Positions 37,753 through 48,810 of a stretch of DNA of 59,731 bases are shown piece by piece. Numbering within the stretch: position 1 is the first letter of the stretch; every line of letters starts with the position of its first letter. The notes under the pieces are model-generated. The model did no database searches, had not been told where the DNA came from, and was given only the letters and a program-made list of their open reading frames with translations. Where the stretch lies: the NCBI RefSeq assembly GCF_001194135.2, contig NC_068982.1:10491715-10551445 (forward strand). The letters run 5' to 3'. This DNA is from Octopus bimaculoides (Eukaryota). A program made the translations under genes and the position numbers.

Positions 37753-37962
37753 CGTGGGGGTGCTGAACAGTTTTTGGTTTTAAGGGTATCGTGAAAAGCA
37801 TGATTGGAGGCCCAAACTTCGGAGTTCTTTTACAGGCTTTAGAAAAACTGAAGACTCGCTGCAATAAGTGTGTAAATCTGAGAGGGGAATATGTTGAATG
37901 AAACTAACTGATCCTCCTGTATTTTTTTTACCCAAGGCCAGGAACTTTACAGCACCCCTTCG
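37753..37962 (+). mobile_element. 210-bp mariner-derived MITE with TA TSD
   Basis: TA-CGTGGGGGTGCTGAACAGTTTTTGG ... CCAGGAACTTTACAGCACCCCTTCG-TA imperfect terminal inverted repeats (TIRs); internal LEKLKTRCNKCVNLRGEYVE* is a mariner transposase C-terminus. Confidence 0.85.
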
Positions 37963-38493
37963 TATAGTGAGAACTGATCCTTACATTACTCTACATGTTA
38001 CGCCAATTTAGTTCAACAAAGATTTGTCAATCGATATAGTAGCCATCATACGATGATGAAAACACCTTATGCTCTTTAAAGGCAACAATCATTTCGATTG
38101 CCAGAGACAAACATAGAGATAGACAGTTTGTGCTCCGAATAGCATGAATCAGAAAATCTAAGATGTAAAAAGAACTAGAAAAATATCAATACATTACTTC
38201 TATGTTTGGTTGTACCAAATGAAGAAGTGAGGAAACCCCCAAATGGATACGTTTCACAGTTTGTTAATCGTATTTAATATGTATTGTTTGTCTGACGATC
38301 AGTCAACAAACTGTGAAACGAATCTGTTGCACATCAAAAGGATAGTACGCATATATTTACAATGTTATTCTCTCTCACAGCTAAGATTTAAAAATATGTA
38401 AATGCATTTCAGTTCTTTTAATCCAGGCTGTATTGTTGATAAATTAAATATAATATTGTCCAATTAATGACGAGCCATCCAAAGTACAATCTC

Positions 38494-38614
38494 GCAAATT
38501 AAACAAACCACTCTTCGGGTGGTTTGTTTCCATTTTGTTCTATAATTGAAACCAACATTCAGTTATAAAGCAATTTTGACAGTCACCATCAGAGGAGTGG
38601 TTTGTTTAATTTGC
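38494..38614. repeat. 121-bp element with perfect 20-bp terminal inverted repeats
   Basis: GCAAATTAAACAAACCACTC at 38494-38513 and its exact reverse complement at 38595-38614. Confidence 0.85.
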
Positions 38615-38648
38615 AAAGTTCAGCAAGAGAGAGAGAGAGACAGAGAGA

Positions 38649-38694
<46 letters not shown>

Positions 38695-40345
38695 AACATA
38701 TGTACGGGTACATAGCAAATATATTTTTAAAATATGTTTATAGTATTTTCACGATTTAGAAACCTTGAAATGGACTAAAATGATGACATTATTGCAGCTA
38801 GTGCAGAGAGACAACGGAGTAACACCGTTAATAGGTTGGTGAGAGGGGTGTCGGAGAGAAAGAGGGGGGGGATGTTATGCTAAGAGAAGTTAAGCTAAGT
38901 TAGGAGGAATGGAGGACAGGAGGAAAGAACAGGTAGAAGGAAGTGATAATTGCGAAATTAGCAATTAGTGATGGGGAAAACAAAGGCTAACAATGAAAGA
39001 TGAGAAAATTGAAAATTGAAGAAAAAATTATGGAAAATGTAGAAAAACGACAAGATGAAATAACGAAAAAATGAAAAGATGACGAGAAACTGAGGCAATG
39101 AGAAAGTTTTTAATAGATTACATGAACAAGGAACAGTGAACACCGAGGAAGCCCTTGGAAAACCCCGTTTGAAAACCCCAATACCTTATTTTGGGACTAT
39201 TTCCTGACTAGAATCAGATGGCTGCAAAAACATGACTTTCAAAAGAGCTATGGACACAAACTAATAAATGATGAATATATAATAAACTAATAAAATTACA
39301 CGTATATGTGGGAATATTTGTACGTATGCATGTACGTATATTATGTATTATGTATATTATGTATTCACACATATGCATGTATGTATATTATGTATTTTCC
39401 ATATATGTTAGATGACACATTCAGCCATTAACAAAACTATATAATCCGAGGAAGCAGTTGCAGGCAAGTATATTTATTTTCTGGGAAAAATATTTAGATA
39501 AGAGAAGAGAAATACGTAAAGCATATTAAGATGTAAAAACAAACGGAAACCAGAAAGTGTATTTTTGACAGAACTATAAAAATATAACTACACTCTGACA
39601 ATAAAACTACCTCACTTCAAAATTATGTATTCTCATTGAAAACCCCCGTAAGCCTAAACTTAATATCAACGTTCCTATATTTCAGGTTTACATTAAGGTA
39701 AATTGACTTCGAAAATATATGAAGTGCTATCTCCCTTAAATATTTTGTAACAATAGTTTGTGATAAATTCAACAGAAAAGCTATATTATTGAAGATGTAA
39801 TATATATGCTGTAAAATTTTTTCATTTACCCTAAAGTGTCTTATGGAATAAATTTTATAAATATAAACACATTAAATCTGGAAATGTCAATGCTATAATT
39901 ACTGAATCATAAAATTTTCAGATAAAATTTTCCTGAATGCATCAATATCTTTATGGAAAATGCTAGTAATATATGTTAACATCTTAAAAGACATGAAACT
40001 TGGCTTGATTCAAACTAAAAAAATTTAAACAATGTGAAATGATAATAACATACGAAATATACAGATGTTTTCTACAAACCATCTCAAACCATCCTTGCAG
40101 TACCCACCCGTTTAACTTATTCATAGATGGTGCGTCAATGATAATAAAAATTGAATTTGTTCCAATATGCAAACTGTATATTTTTTGGTCAGAAGAGTGA
40201 ACCTCCAGAGAGCCAAGGTACTTTACGTCCAATACAGCTCGGTTCATCATCATCTGGGAAATATATATCTGAAATATAGTTCAAAGATAGTGAAACTAAA
40301 TAAACAACCGTTCTGCTGCAGTGTAAGTTAAACAGTTAGATTATT

Positions 40346-40661
40346 ACGGAGATGTAATGCAGAGCAAGTAACCTAGTCTGAGATCGTGTGCTGAAACAAA
40401 AAACAATTGCAGCGTGGGAGGTGTTTATAAGCCATTTAGAAAGACACAAAAACCATTAGATTCACTTCAACATTTAAATTAAATTTGTCAAAATAATTTC
40501 GTTGGTTTGAGACCGAGTCCTCTTCACTAGTCCGGAATTTTGTCAGTGATTTCAAAACGACGAACATATTTTGATAAATTAAGTTTAAATGTTGAAGTGA
40601 ATCTAACGGTTTTTGTGTCTTTTTAAATAGCTTATAAACACCTTCCACGCTGCAATTGTTT
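40346..40661 (-). mobile_element. Short insertion with ~95-bp inverted repeat, one-sided extension and 12-bp TSD; PLE-type anatomy
   Basis: Arms 40401-40494 and 40567-40661; extension 40346-40400; AGTTAGATTATT at 40334-40345 and 40662-40673. Confidence 0.75.
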
Positions 40662-41379
40662 AGTTAGATTATTCTTTTGAAGATAATTTTATCGTTAATG
40701 CATGCAGGAAAACCAAGGATGTTTACAACTTTCTGTTTTTCGTACTAGACGTCCCTGAAATCGTAGTAAAAGAGGTGTAGTTAAATCACAAAGAAGATGG
40801 CCGAGTAATTACATGATATTCTACAGAGGGAGCATCCTGGTGGAAAATTTGTAGTTTGTAGAGAGAGCAAGAGGTTGCCTGACATTATGAACAACTACTG
40901 TCCTCTTTAGCGTTGGACCTTGATCGATCACAATGTTTTAGAAATAAACCTAATGAGAGAAATAATAATCATTCGTTAATAAGTTGTTTTCCCCATCTTT
41001 GCAGACATTTTTATAACTGAGATAGAAAATGATACGGATAATTCAGTGAAACCAATTTGAGGGGAAATCTGTTTACATTACACATTTATAAAATAAATGT
41101 CCGCATGACATCTTCCCAGTAGACTCTTAGACACAAACACTTGCTTGTAATTCTGTCTTCACTGTTCTTTTTTCTTCTTGCCATTGTTAAAAATTGAATT
41201 ACGTTTTCCATTTCAAGATATTTTCCTTCAAGCCACGTTTTAATAACATAGAATCAATAAGATATTTTGCATTTTCGAACTCTACAAGCTATGTATGGTG
41301 CCAGCCTACATATCGTGTCTATTTGTTTTCGAAAGTGAATTTCTTTCTGCTGTTCAAAGAATAAAATATCTCATTATGT

Positions 41380-41470
41380 GGTTGGTTGGTCGGTCGGTCG
41401 GTCGGTCGGTCGGTCGGTCGGACGGTCGGTTGGTGGGATGGTTGACTGGTTGTCCGGTTGCTTAGTTGGA
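41380..41470. repeat. (GGTC)n/(GGTT)n tetranucleotide repeat
   Basis: Directly visible. Confidence 0.9.
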
Positions 41471-41799
41471 TGGTTTACATGTCCTTGATATATTTTTTAA
41501 ATTTTGGTTACTGTTATCGTTTGGTTGGTTTGTAGGTTTGGATAAATCGTGATTGAATTTTTAAAGTCTTACTTAATAATACTTTTTGTTCAATATTAAT
41601 GGTTTTATTACTTGAACAAGTTTTAAATATACAAGTGGAAATCAAAACGTATCTGCTCTTTCTCCAATACTTTCTTAAGATTTGCCACGCTGCTGTACTA
41701 CCTTCACTGCTCGTTTGCTTAAACTGAGGTTTGGCTTTGATTGCTCCAGTTTTCTTTCTTGTGTTACAGAGAAAAGGAAGAAAAGAGATCAGTGATCCG

Positions 41800-42600
41800 A
41801 TTTCTCTCGTTTAAAGGTGTGTCAGGGCCTGAAATTTATCACAGACTTTCAATATAACACAGGATCAGTGAGTCTGAGTGGATGGAAGGCTTTAAATATG
41901 AGTAGACAGTTGTGGAGCCCGTCAACTCCAAGCTCGAAAAATGGTTTTGGTGAACCACTGAGTGACCACGTTCTTTTCAAATTAGTCATGGTTTTGCATT
42001 CGAAATTATCCACGATAATCTTCACTTCTTCCAAGAGAACCTACCAAACTCATAAGTGCAATCGTGTGGAGGTCTATCAATGCTTACTCGACCACTATAA
42101 CGCTCAAGGTAAAGCTATGTTTGGAGAGAAGAGTCCCGTGACAAGAGGCCTTGACCCATCAATTTGAGCCAGAATCCAAAATGTAGAATATGGAGCGGAA
42201 ACACACGGACTCGCTAATCAAAAAAATAAAATTCAAGACTCGACCCTCCGAAGAAAAAGTGACGCTAACCCGTTTTGGGATCACAAAAGGGATAGTACTG
42301 GAATATTACCTAGAGAAAAAGGGTCAAAAGCCATCAATGTAGGCTACAGTGAGAAGCTAGCCAAAAACGTGAAACTAGCAATTCACAGCAAACGCCGTCG
42401 TCTATTGTCAAAGCAAGAATTATTGCTGCACGACAATGCAAGCCGACATACAGTCGCCCACACCGTTGAAACCATGATAGAATTGAGTTACGATTTGCTG
42501 GAAAAACTTGCATATAGTCCACACCTCACCTTTCTTGCTGTCACTAATTTGAACGCTCAAACATCATTTATGGGATCGTTGATTTTCCAAAATTTGAAAC
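41800..42600 (+). mobile_element. Degenerate mariner transposase pseudogene
   Basis: QISHGFAFEIIHDNLHF..HKCNRVEVYQCLLDHYN..QFEPESK..LLLHDNASRHT..LAYSPHL; frameshifts and stops; third catalytic Asp not seen. Confidence 0.85.
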
Positions 42601-43910
42601 CAACATACATTGTGAAAGTTACAAACATATGTAATACTGTAATGTAATACTTCACGGAATGGTGTATCTGTCTGTATAATATATCCCTGTGTATATATAG
42701 GCATTTTGCATATATTTCCATGAATACTAGGTGGTTTAAACAGATAAATGTACTCCAGGATGATTTATGTTTCCTCTTTGAGTAACTGTAATTATTTGTG
42801 ATGAAAAAATATCTCGGCGGTAGAATTACTACATAAAAATAAATTTACAAAATAATTTAATGAAATTGAAGAATTATTTCCAGACCGGATTTTAAATTAT
42901 CTATCAAATATAGTTAAAAATTGCGAATATTCAATTATAAAAGTAACAGATTGAATACATATAGAAATTAATTTCAACATGCTGACTGAAACGCTATTTC
43001 ATACAATATCCTTTCATTTGTTCATAAATATTTGAACATTTTTCGATTTTTGTAGCTTTTTTTTTTTCAGTTTTGATATTAGCAAAATAATGACTTCGCT
43101 TTGAATAATGAAATGTTTCATACAACGTTATAGTTTTCAATGTTTCGCAAAAGAAAATAGTTTAATTCATATTGAAGAGAAATTATTTTTATTAACGTCG
43201 CTTCTGCATACAGTCTTGAGTATTTTTTATTCCAAAGTATGCTTTTATATGTTTTAAGAAATGCAAATTAATGAAATGTTATCATTGAAATAAATTTCAT
43301 GAAATAGAATCGTTGAGAAACAAATACATCCTCTACATAGCTGCTTCATATTTTATAACTAGGAGTTAAATCTGTCTTAATATCACATATTAGCGTCATG
43401 AAATAAAGACGGGATATATTAGACGTCTGAAAAGAGAGCTTAGATGGCCATGGATAGAATAACTTTGATGACAGGTTCACTCGATCACTGCAGAATAAAG
43501 AATAACAACAACGAAAACTCAAAACAACATTCATCAAAATAATTATCATTTGAATATAAATTACAGTATTTTTATGAGATTTTTAAGTAAACAAGAAACT
43601 ACTCATATTAGTTAAAAATGCAAATATTTGTAATTCATCATTTTTTTAATTTTTTAGTTACGATAAAATGATATTAGAACAGAATATAGTGAAACATCTC
43701 GAAACAAAACAGAAATGCTCTGAAATTTAGTTCCTGTGGGGCGCCTGTTTTATCTTTTTGTTCTTTTGGAAATGAAATGTTCCCACGCTTGTTTACAGTT
43801 TGTGTTGTATTTGAACTTCTGTTAATAAATCTATATACTTATGTACGAGTAAGTATGATGTTGCACTCAAGATTCGTAGATCTTGAGGCACTCAATATTC
43901 GTAGATATTA

Positions 43911-44112
43911 AGGCGGCAAATCGTTAGCACATCGAGCAAAATACTTAGAGGCATCTCTTCCGGCGTTACGTTCTGAGTTCATATTCCGCCGAGATCGATT
44001 TTGCCTGTCATACTTGAAGGTCGATAAAATATGCATCAGCTGAGAACTGAGATCGATATAATTGTTTTACCCATTCCCCAGAATTGCTGATCTTGTGCCA
44101 AAATTTGAAACC
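43911..44112 (+). mobile_element. SINE family 1
   Basis: AAGGCGGCAAATCGTTAGCAC..GAGTTCATATTCCGCCGAG..GTGCCAAAATTTGAAACC tail. Confidence 0.88.
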
Positions 44113-44806
44113 AATATTCGAAGGCCTTCGGTATTAAATTTCAGTGACCTTACTATTCCACAAATTCTAGCATGGTTTTCTTACAGTAAGTTAAGGCACC
44201 ACTCTACACGCGTTATTTTCGACATTAATGAACAGAATTTGTATATAAATCGTCGCCCAATTTAATTATACATGACTTCAGGATGACGCTAACTATTTCC
44301 TTTTCCTATCATTGTCTAAAAGGCGTTAAATAAGATTCAATGACGCAGCCTTTTCACCGTTGACTAAACCATAAACAAGTGTTACAATCCTGACCTACCA
44401 TTATAGATTTATAGGCTTATAGGCTTAACAGAACCGTCATAGGCTGTAGCCCCTGTTGTTCGTTAACGTTAAAGTTATTCTAATTATTTCAATAGTTAAA
44501 CTACTCTCACACACAGATTTAGATATGACTAACTGTTAATAGCATTTGTTTGGCTATATCATAGACATCAGGAACGCTGAAAACAAGCGTTCGCTGATGG
44601 AAATAGATCGATGAATGATATCACTTTTCAGTGGTGAACCATTAAAAGCTGTACTAAATATAATAATCAATAAGACTATTCTCAAAGTAGAGAGAACAAT
44701 GATATTGTCTTGAATTATATTGATGGACTGGAACATTTTAGGTAGATGCACTGCAAATGGACGCATTGGAATATAACCTGTGTAGTGCTTAATGCATCTG
44801 CATATA

Positions 44807-46020
44807 TTGGGCCTTCCCATATATTATGGAATTAAATAATGCGGTTCTTTCAATTGCATGAACTAAAAGTCGGGGAGGGAACGGGATAAACTATCTGAAT
44901 CAACTTTCTATAAAGCAGGTAGTAATTTTACCTTCTACGTATTCATAGTGCAAGTTTGGAAGAGTGCAGTTAGATTTTAACAGTTATTTTTTCAAAGCTA
45001 TAATGGAAGTGACAAAGGAGCATATTCGGCATATTTTACTTTATAAGTTCAATAAAGGCAACAACACAATGGAAAGTGCGAGGAATGTTAATGCAGTATA
45101 TGGGGAGCAGACCATAAGCATAAGCCAGTGCCAACGGTGGTTCCAAAAAATCCGAGCCGAAAACTACAGTCTAGAAGACGAGACTCGCCCTAGAAGATCT
45201 GTAGAGATCCACAAGGACGTCCTGCAAGCCCTGGTGGAAACAAATCCCATCGATACCTCCTGTGCCATCAGAAAAACAGCAAATTAGGTCAATAGGTTCC
45301 TCACAAACTTTCAGAGTCTAATGGGCTCTTCTTTGTTGTGACGTCTCACGAATGAACTTTTTTTGGAACGAATAGTGACTAGTGACAAGAAATGGATTCT
45401 CTATGAAAATGTCAAGCGACGAAAATAGTGGGTAGAAAAAGGAGAAACAGCAGCACCCCAAGCTAAAGATGGTCTTCACTTACGTAAAGTATTGTTATCT
45501 GTTTGGTGAGATATGAAATATTTAGTCCACTTTGAACTTTTAAACCTAGACCAAACAATAACAAAAAGGATCTACTGCGAGCAACTTGAGCAGCTTAAGT
45601 CAGCGCTAGAAGAAAAACAACCATCTTTGGTTTTAAGATAAAAGGTGTTCTTCCATCAGGATAATGCTCGGCTACATACAGCAAGGATGGCGTTCCAAAC
45701 GCTGGAGCAGTTTGATTCGGAAACGAGGACCCATCCACCATATTCGCCGGACATTGCCCCATCTGATTATCATTTATTCTGCAGTCTTCAAAATCATTTG
45801 GATGGAAAAATATGACTTCTGTACACGGGGTCATAACACCACCGGAAGAGTGTTTTTCGGCAAGTAAATTTTGGAAGAGGGGCCTTACAAGTCTCCCACA
45901 TAGACGAAAGAGCATTGCAGAACATAGTGGAGTGTATATTTTAGATTAAAAGAGAACTTTATCTTAATTTTGAAAAATAAAAGAAGTATAACAAACCGCA
46001 TTATTTATGGGATGACCCAA
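44807..46020 (+). mobile_element. Near-complete DD34D mariner with both TIRs and TA TSD; transposase pseudogene
   Basis: MEVTKEHIRHILLYKFNKG..CQRWFQK..IVTSDKKW..FFHQDNAR-(34 aa)-PYSPDIAPSDYHLF. Left TIR TTGGGCCTTCCCAT(+13-nt insert)AAATAATGCGGTT; right TIR AACCGCATTATTTATGGGATGACCCAA. Internal deletion and stops. Confidence 0.93.
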
Positions 46021-46419
46021 TATATTTCAAAATTACTATGAATAATTCGTCAAGTTTTAATTGGTCGTAAAGTAACATTATCTAAATATACATCATTAAA
46101 AATTCAAGAATTTGCTAATTAAGGGGAAAAAGGTTTTCTTTAAACTTCTTTTATATCTGTTGTCTAAACTATATCAAACACTATAATTCATAAAAATAAT
46201 TAACGTTATTGCTTTCTAATGAAAACATTATTGGACATATAACTTTAATTTTCTCTAAATACCCTGATTGACTATCGAAGACCTATAATGAATTTGTGTC
46301 TGTGATAAACCTCCGATGATAAGAAAATATAATTATTTTAAAAAAGGGCAATATGTTTGAATTATGTCTATGTCTTTGTATAAAAGAAATTGAAGTTTTA
46401 ACTACAAGAGGAATCACTA

Positions 46420-47750
46420 CCTCTGATGAGATAAATTTCCTGACCAGCAACATGTACAGTAGTTCGTATTAATGTCTGGTAGTCCTATATTATCCGGTTA
46501 GATTGGTGCACGAAGATCTAAAATATGCAAGACTATAAATTATCAGGATGGACTCCCATATTCTGCCAGAGAAAACTTTCTAAATGAAGTCTTCTGGTTT
46601 AATCCACTTGTCTCGTTGTTTCAGATGCAAATTTAAAAATTAAATCCTTTTTCGGTTAGGTTTTTTTGCGTTTTATTTCTATCCTCCCTACATGTGATGA
46701 TGAAATGAAAGGCTCGAGAAAACATTATGCCACTCCTTTTTATGCTACAATATCTTACTTTTTCTGGCAAATGTTTATTTTTAGAGCTTTCTCATATCTC
46801 AGATTCCGATTGAAGTAAAGACTTCGTCTAAAATAGTTTTCTGGTCATATTTATAAATTCGTAATCATAGTTATGAAATCTTCAAATTGCAATCACCGGT
46901 CAAGAAAAATATGACGGATTCAAAATGTGCATCTGTTATCATTTTTCATGAAACATGTATTCGATTTCGTAACTTAAAATACCACTTCCGTACACACAAT
47001 CTACCACTTATTAGAGCAATGCGCATTATTTGTGCCATGCCGACACACGGTCAGATTTCATTTTCTGTACTATTGTACTTCAGTTGATTGACACTGCAAG
47101 GGTCAGTCTTCATTATCTTCATACAATTTTCTGTTGCTCTCCTCATCAGTACTCGGTTGTCTGGTTTTGAGTACAGATGTTTCATAAGAGATTTCCTGTG
47201 ACTTTTGAAAGACGGTACTGGATCTTGTCAATGTTTCTATATTTCATCTTCAGACAGAAAAATCACCGCTCCATCTGCTTAGTAATCTCTGAAAATTATA
47301 GTCACATTTACGTTCAATTCAACCTGTTAAATTTGTTGATCTTGTAAAAGTCTTCGGCGACATCTCATTCACGTTGATGAATGATTCGCGAGTGATAGAT
47401 TTCTTGCCTCAAGAAATTCTTTAAATCCAATGATGTCATATTAAAAAATACTTTCAGTCCATTACCAGAAGTAACAGCAACTCAATATTCTTATATATGC
47501 AAGGCTCTCGCTTTATTTGTCAGGTTCTTTTCCAAGCATTTTTTAAAATTGCTTTTTCTGTGTACTTGTTTCTCCATGTTTCCTGGACAGCAATAAATGA
47601 TCACTCAACTTCGTGAACGAGTTTTTCTGTGAGAATCAGTTAGATACTTTTGCCTTGAACAGCCGTACTTAATTTGTTTGCTGACACGTTGCTCTGTTAT
47701 TTTGCCCTCCTGCAGTATCACAGCTTATATCCCAGTTCTCACACTTGCGC
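46420..47750 (-). mobile_element. Very old RTE-like LINE apurinic endonuclease (APE) domain remnant
   Basis: Minus-strand remnants ILQEGK.., FIAVQETWR, PSTDEESNRKLYED, FLTGDCNLKI align loosely with APE motifs (WNVRTL.QEGK, IAxQETRW, APT, LxGDFN). Confidence 0.5.
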
Positions 47751-48625
47751 TGCAATTCTGCTCCTCTTTTCGCGACCTGGACACAAAAAGTATGACCCAG
47801 GTCACACCATTTGCATTTTCCTACATATCGGCTCTACAAGATATTCGATAGAGATGTGTTTTATGTAACAAGGTTACAGCAGAGGCCAGCAGGTTTACCT
47901 AGCAAGAAATCATATGTCTCTCTTGTTTCCACATATTGTCACACTACATAAAATTAGGAATCTCTTTGAATCCTGATATAAGGAAATCTTGCTCTAGATA
48001 CATCTTGCACATACAAACATGATTACGTAGCAGTGTCAATATGCAGGTATTTAGTTGATATTGAGAATACCGCCGTAAATTGTACCTATCATGTATCCGA
48101 ATCTAGTAAAAAGATTTTGTTTGTAGCGCTAAAATGACTTAAGCGATATCGTCTTTCCATCTTCCTCGTGTGATATAATCTACAAGAGCTGACCAACAAT
48201 GAGAGATAGGGTGTGCGACTCCATACGCCATTGCCAGCTTAGATCCAATCTACATTTTACTGGTAACCATATTGTATAATCAAAGTTATTTTAACCTGAA
48301 ATAACACATTCTTACACGTTAGAACGAGGGTGGTATTCGCTGCAATGTTTCATATCGCAGATCAATTTTCTCCTTATAGAATTTCTTTTTAAAAAGATTC
48401 TACAGGGAGGAAGTTTTCCTTGGAGACAAAATCTCAGTGCAAAAACAGTTTACGTTCTAATGCATTGGGACCTGTTCAAAATAAATGTACGCATTCAAAA
48501 TTGTGATTCTCAGGGATTCGTATACTTGTATTGTAATGAGCGAGATTCTTTTATACGATCCCACTTATAAATCATAAATGAAAAATGAAGTTGAATGCCT
48601 TTTGTAAGTTATAAATATACGGACT

Positions 48626-48642
48626 AAATAAAACTACTGAAC

Positions 48643-48697
<55 letters not shown>

Positions 48698-48810
48698 GCA
48701 ACAACAACATCGAAAAATACCTTAGGAATGAGAACTAACGTTCGAAATTTCCCCAAGAAAACCTGATGAAAGCTGGAGGTGATATCAGCCGAAACGTTGT
48801 GTTAACGTTC
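48626..48810 (+). mobile_element. R4 family-A 3' tip, (AAT)n, and headless copy of the hammerhead-bearing PLE/SINE body
   Basis: AATAAAACTACTGAAC(AAT)n is identical to 2805-2820; 48700-48810 is homologous to about 11495-11600. Confidence 0.8.
48759..48802 (+). ncRNA. Second copy of the minimal hammerhead ribozyme
   Basis: AAAC-CTGATGA-A-AGCTGG(AGGTGATA)TCAGCC-GAAA-CG-TT-GTGT. Core intact; one mismatch each in stems I and II. Confidence 0.65.

Noticed and set aside
38292-38330. CTGACGA...GAAACGAATC hammerhead-like string
   Set aside because: Stem I cannot form (TTTGT versus TGTTG) and stem II is closed by U.U; explained by the local inverted repeat.
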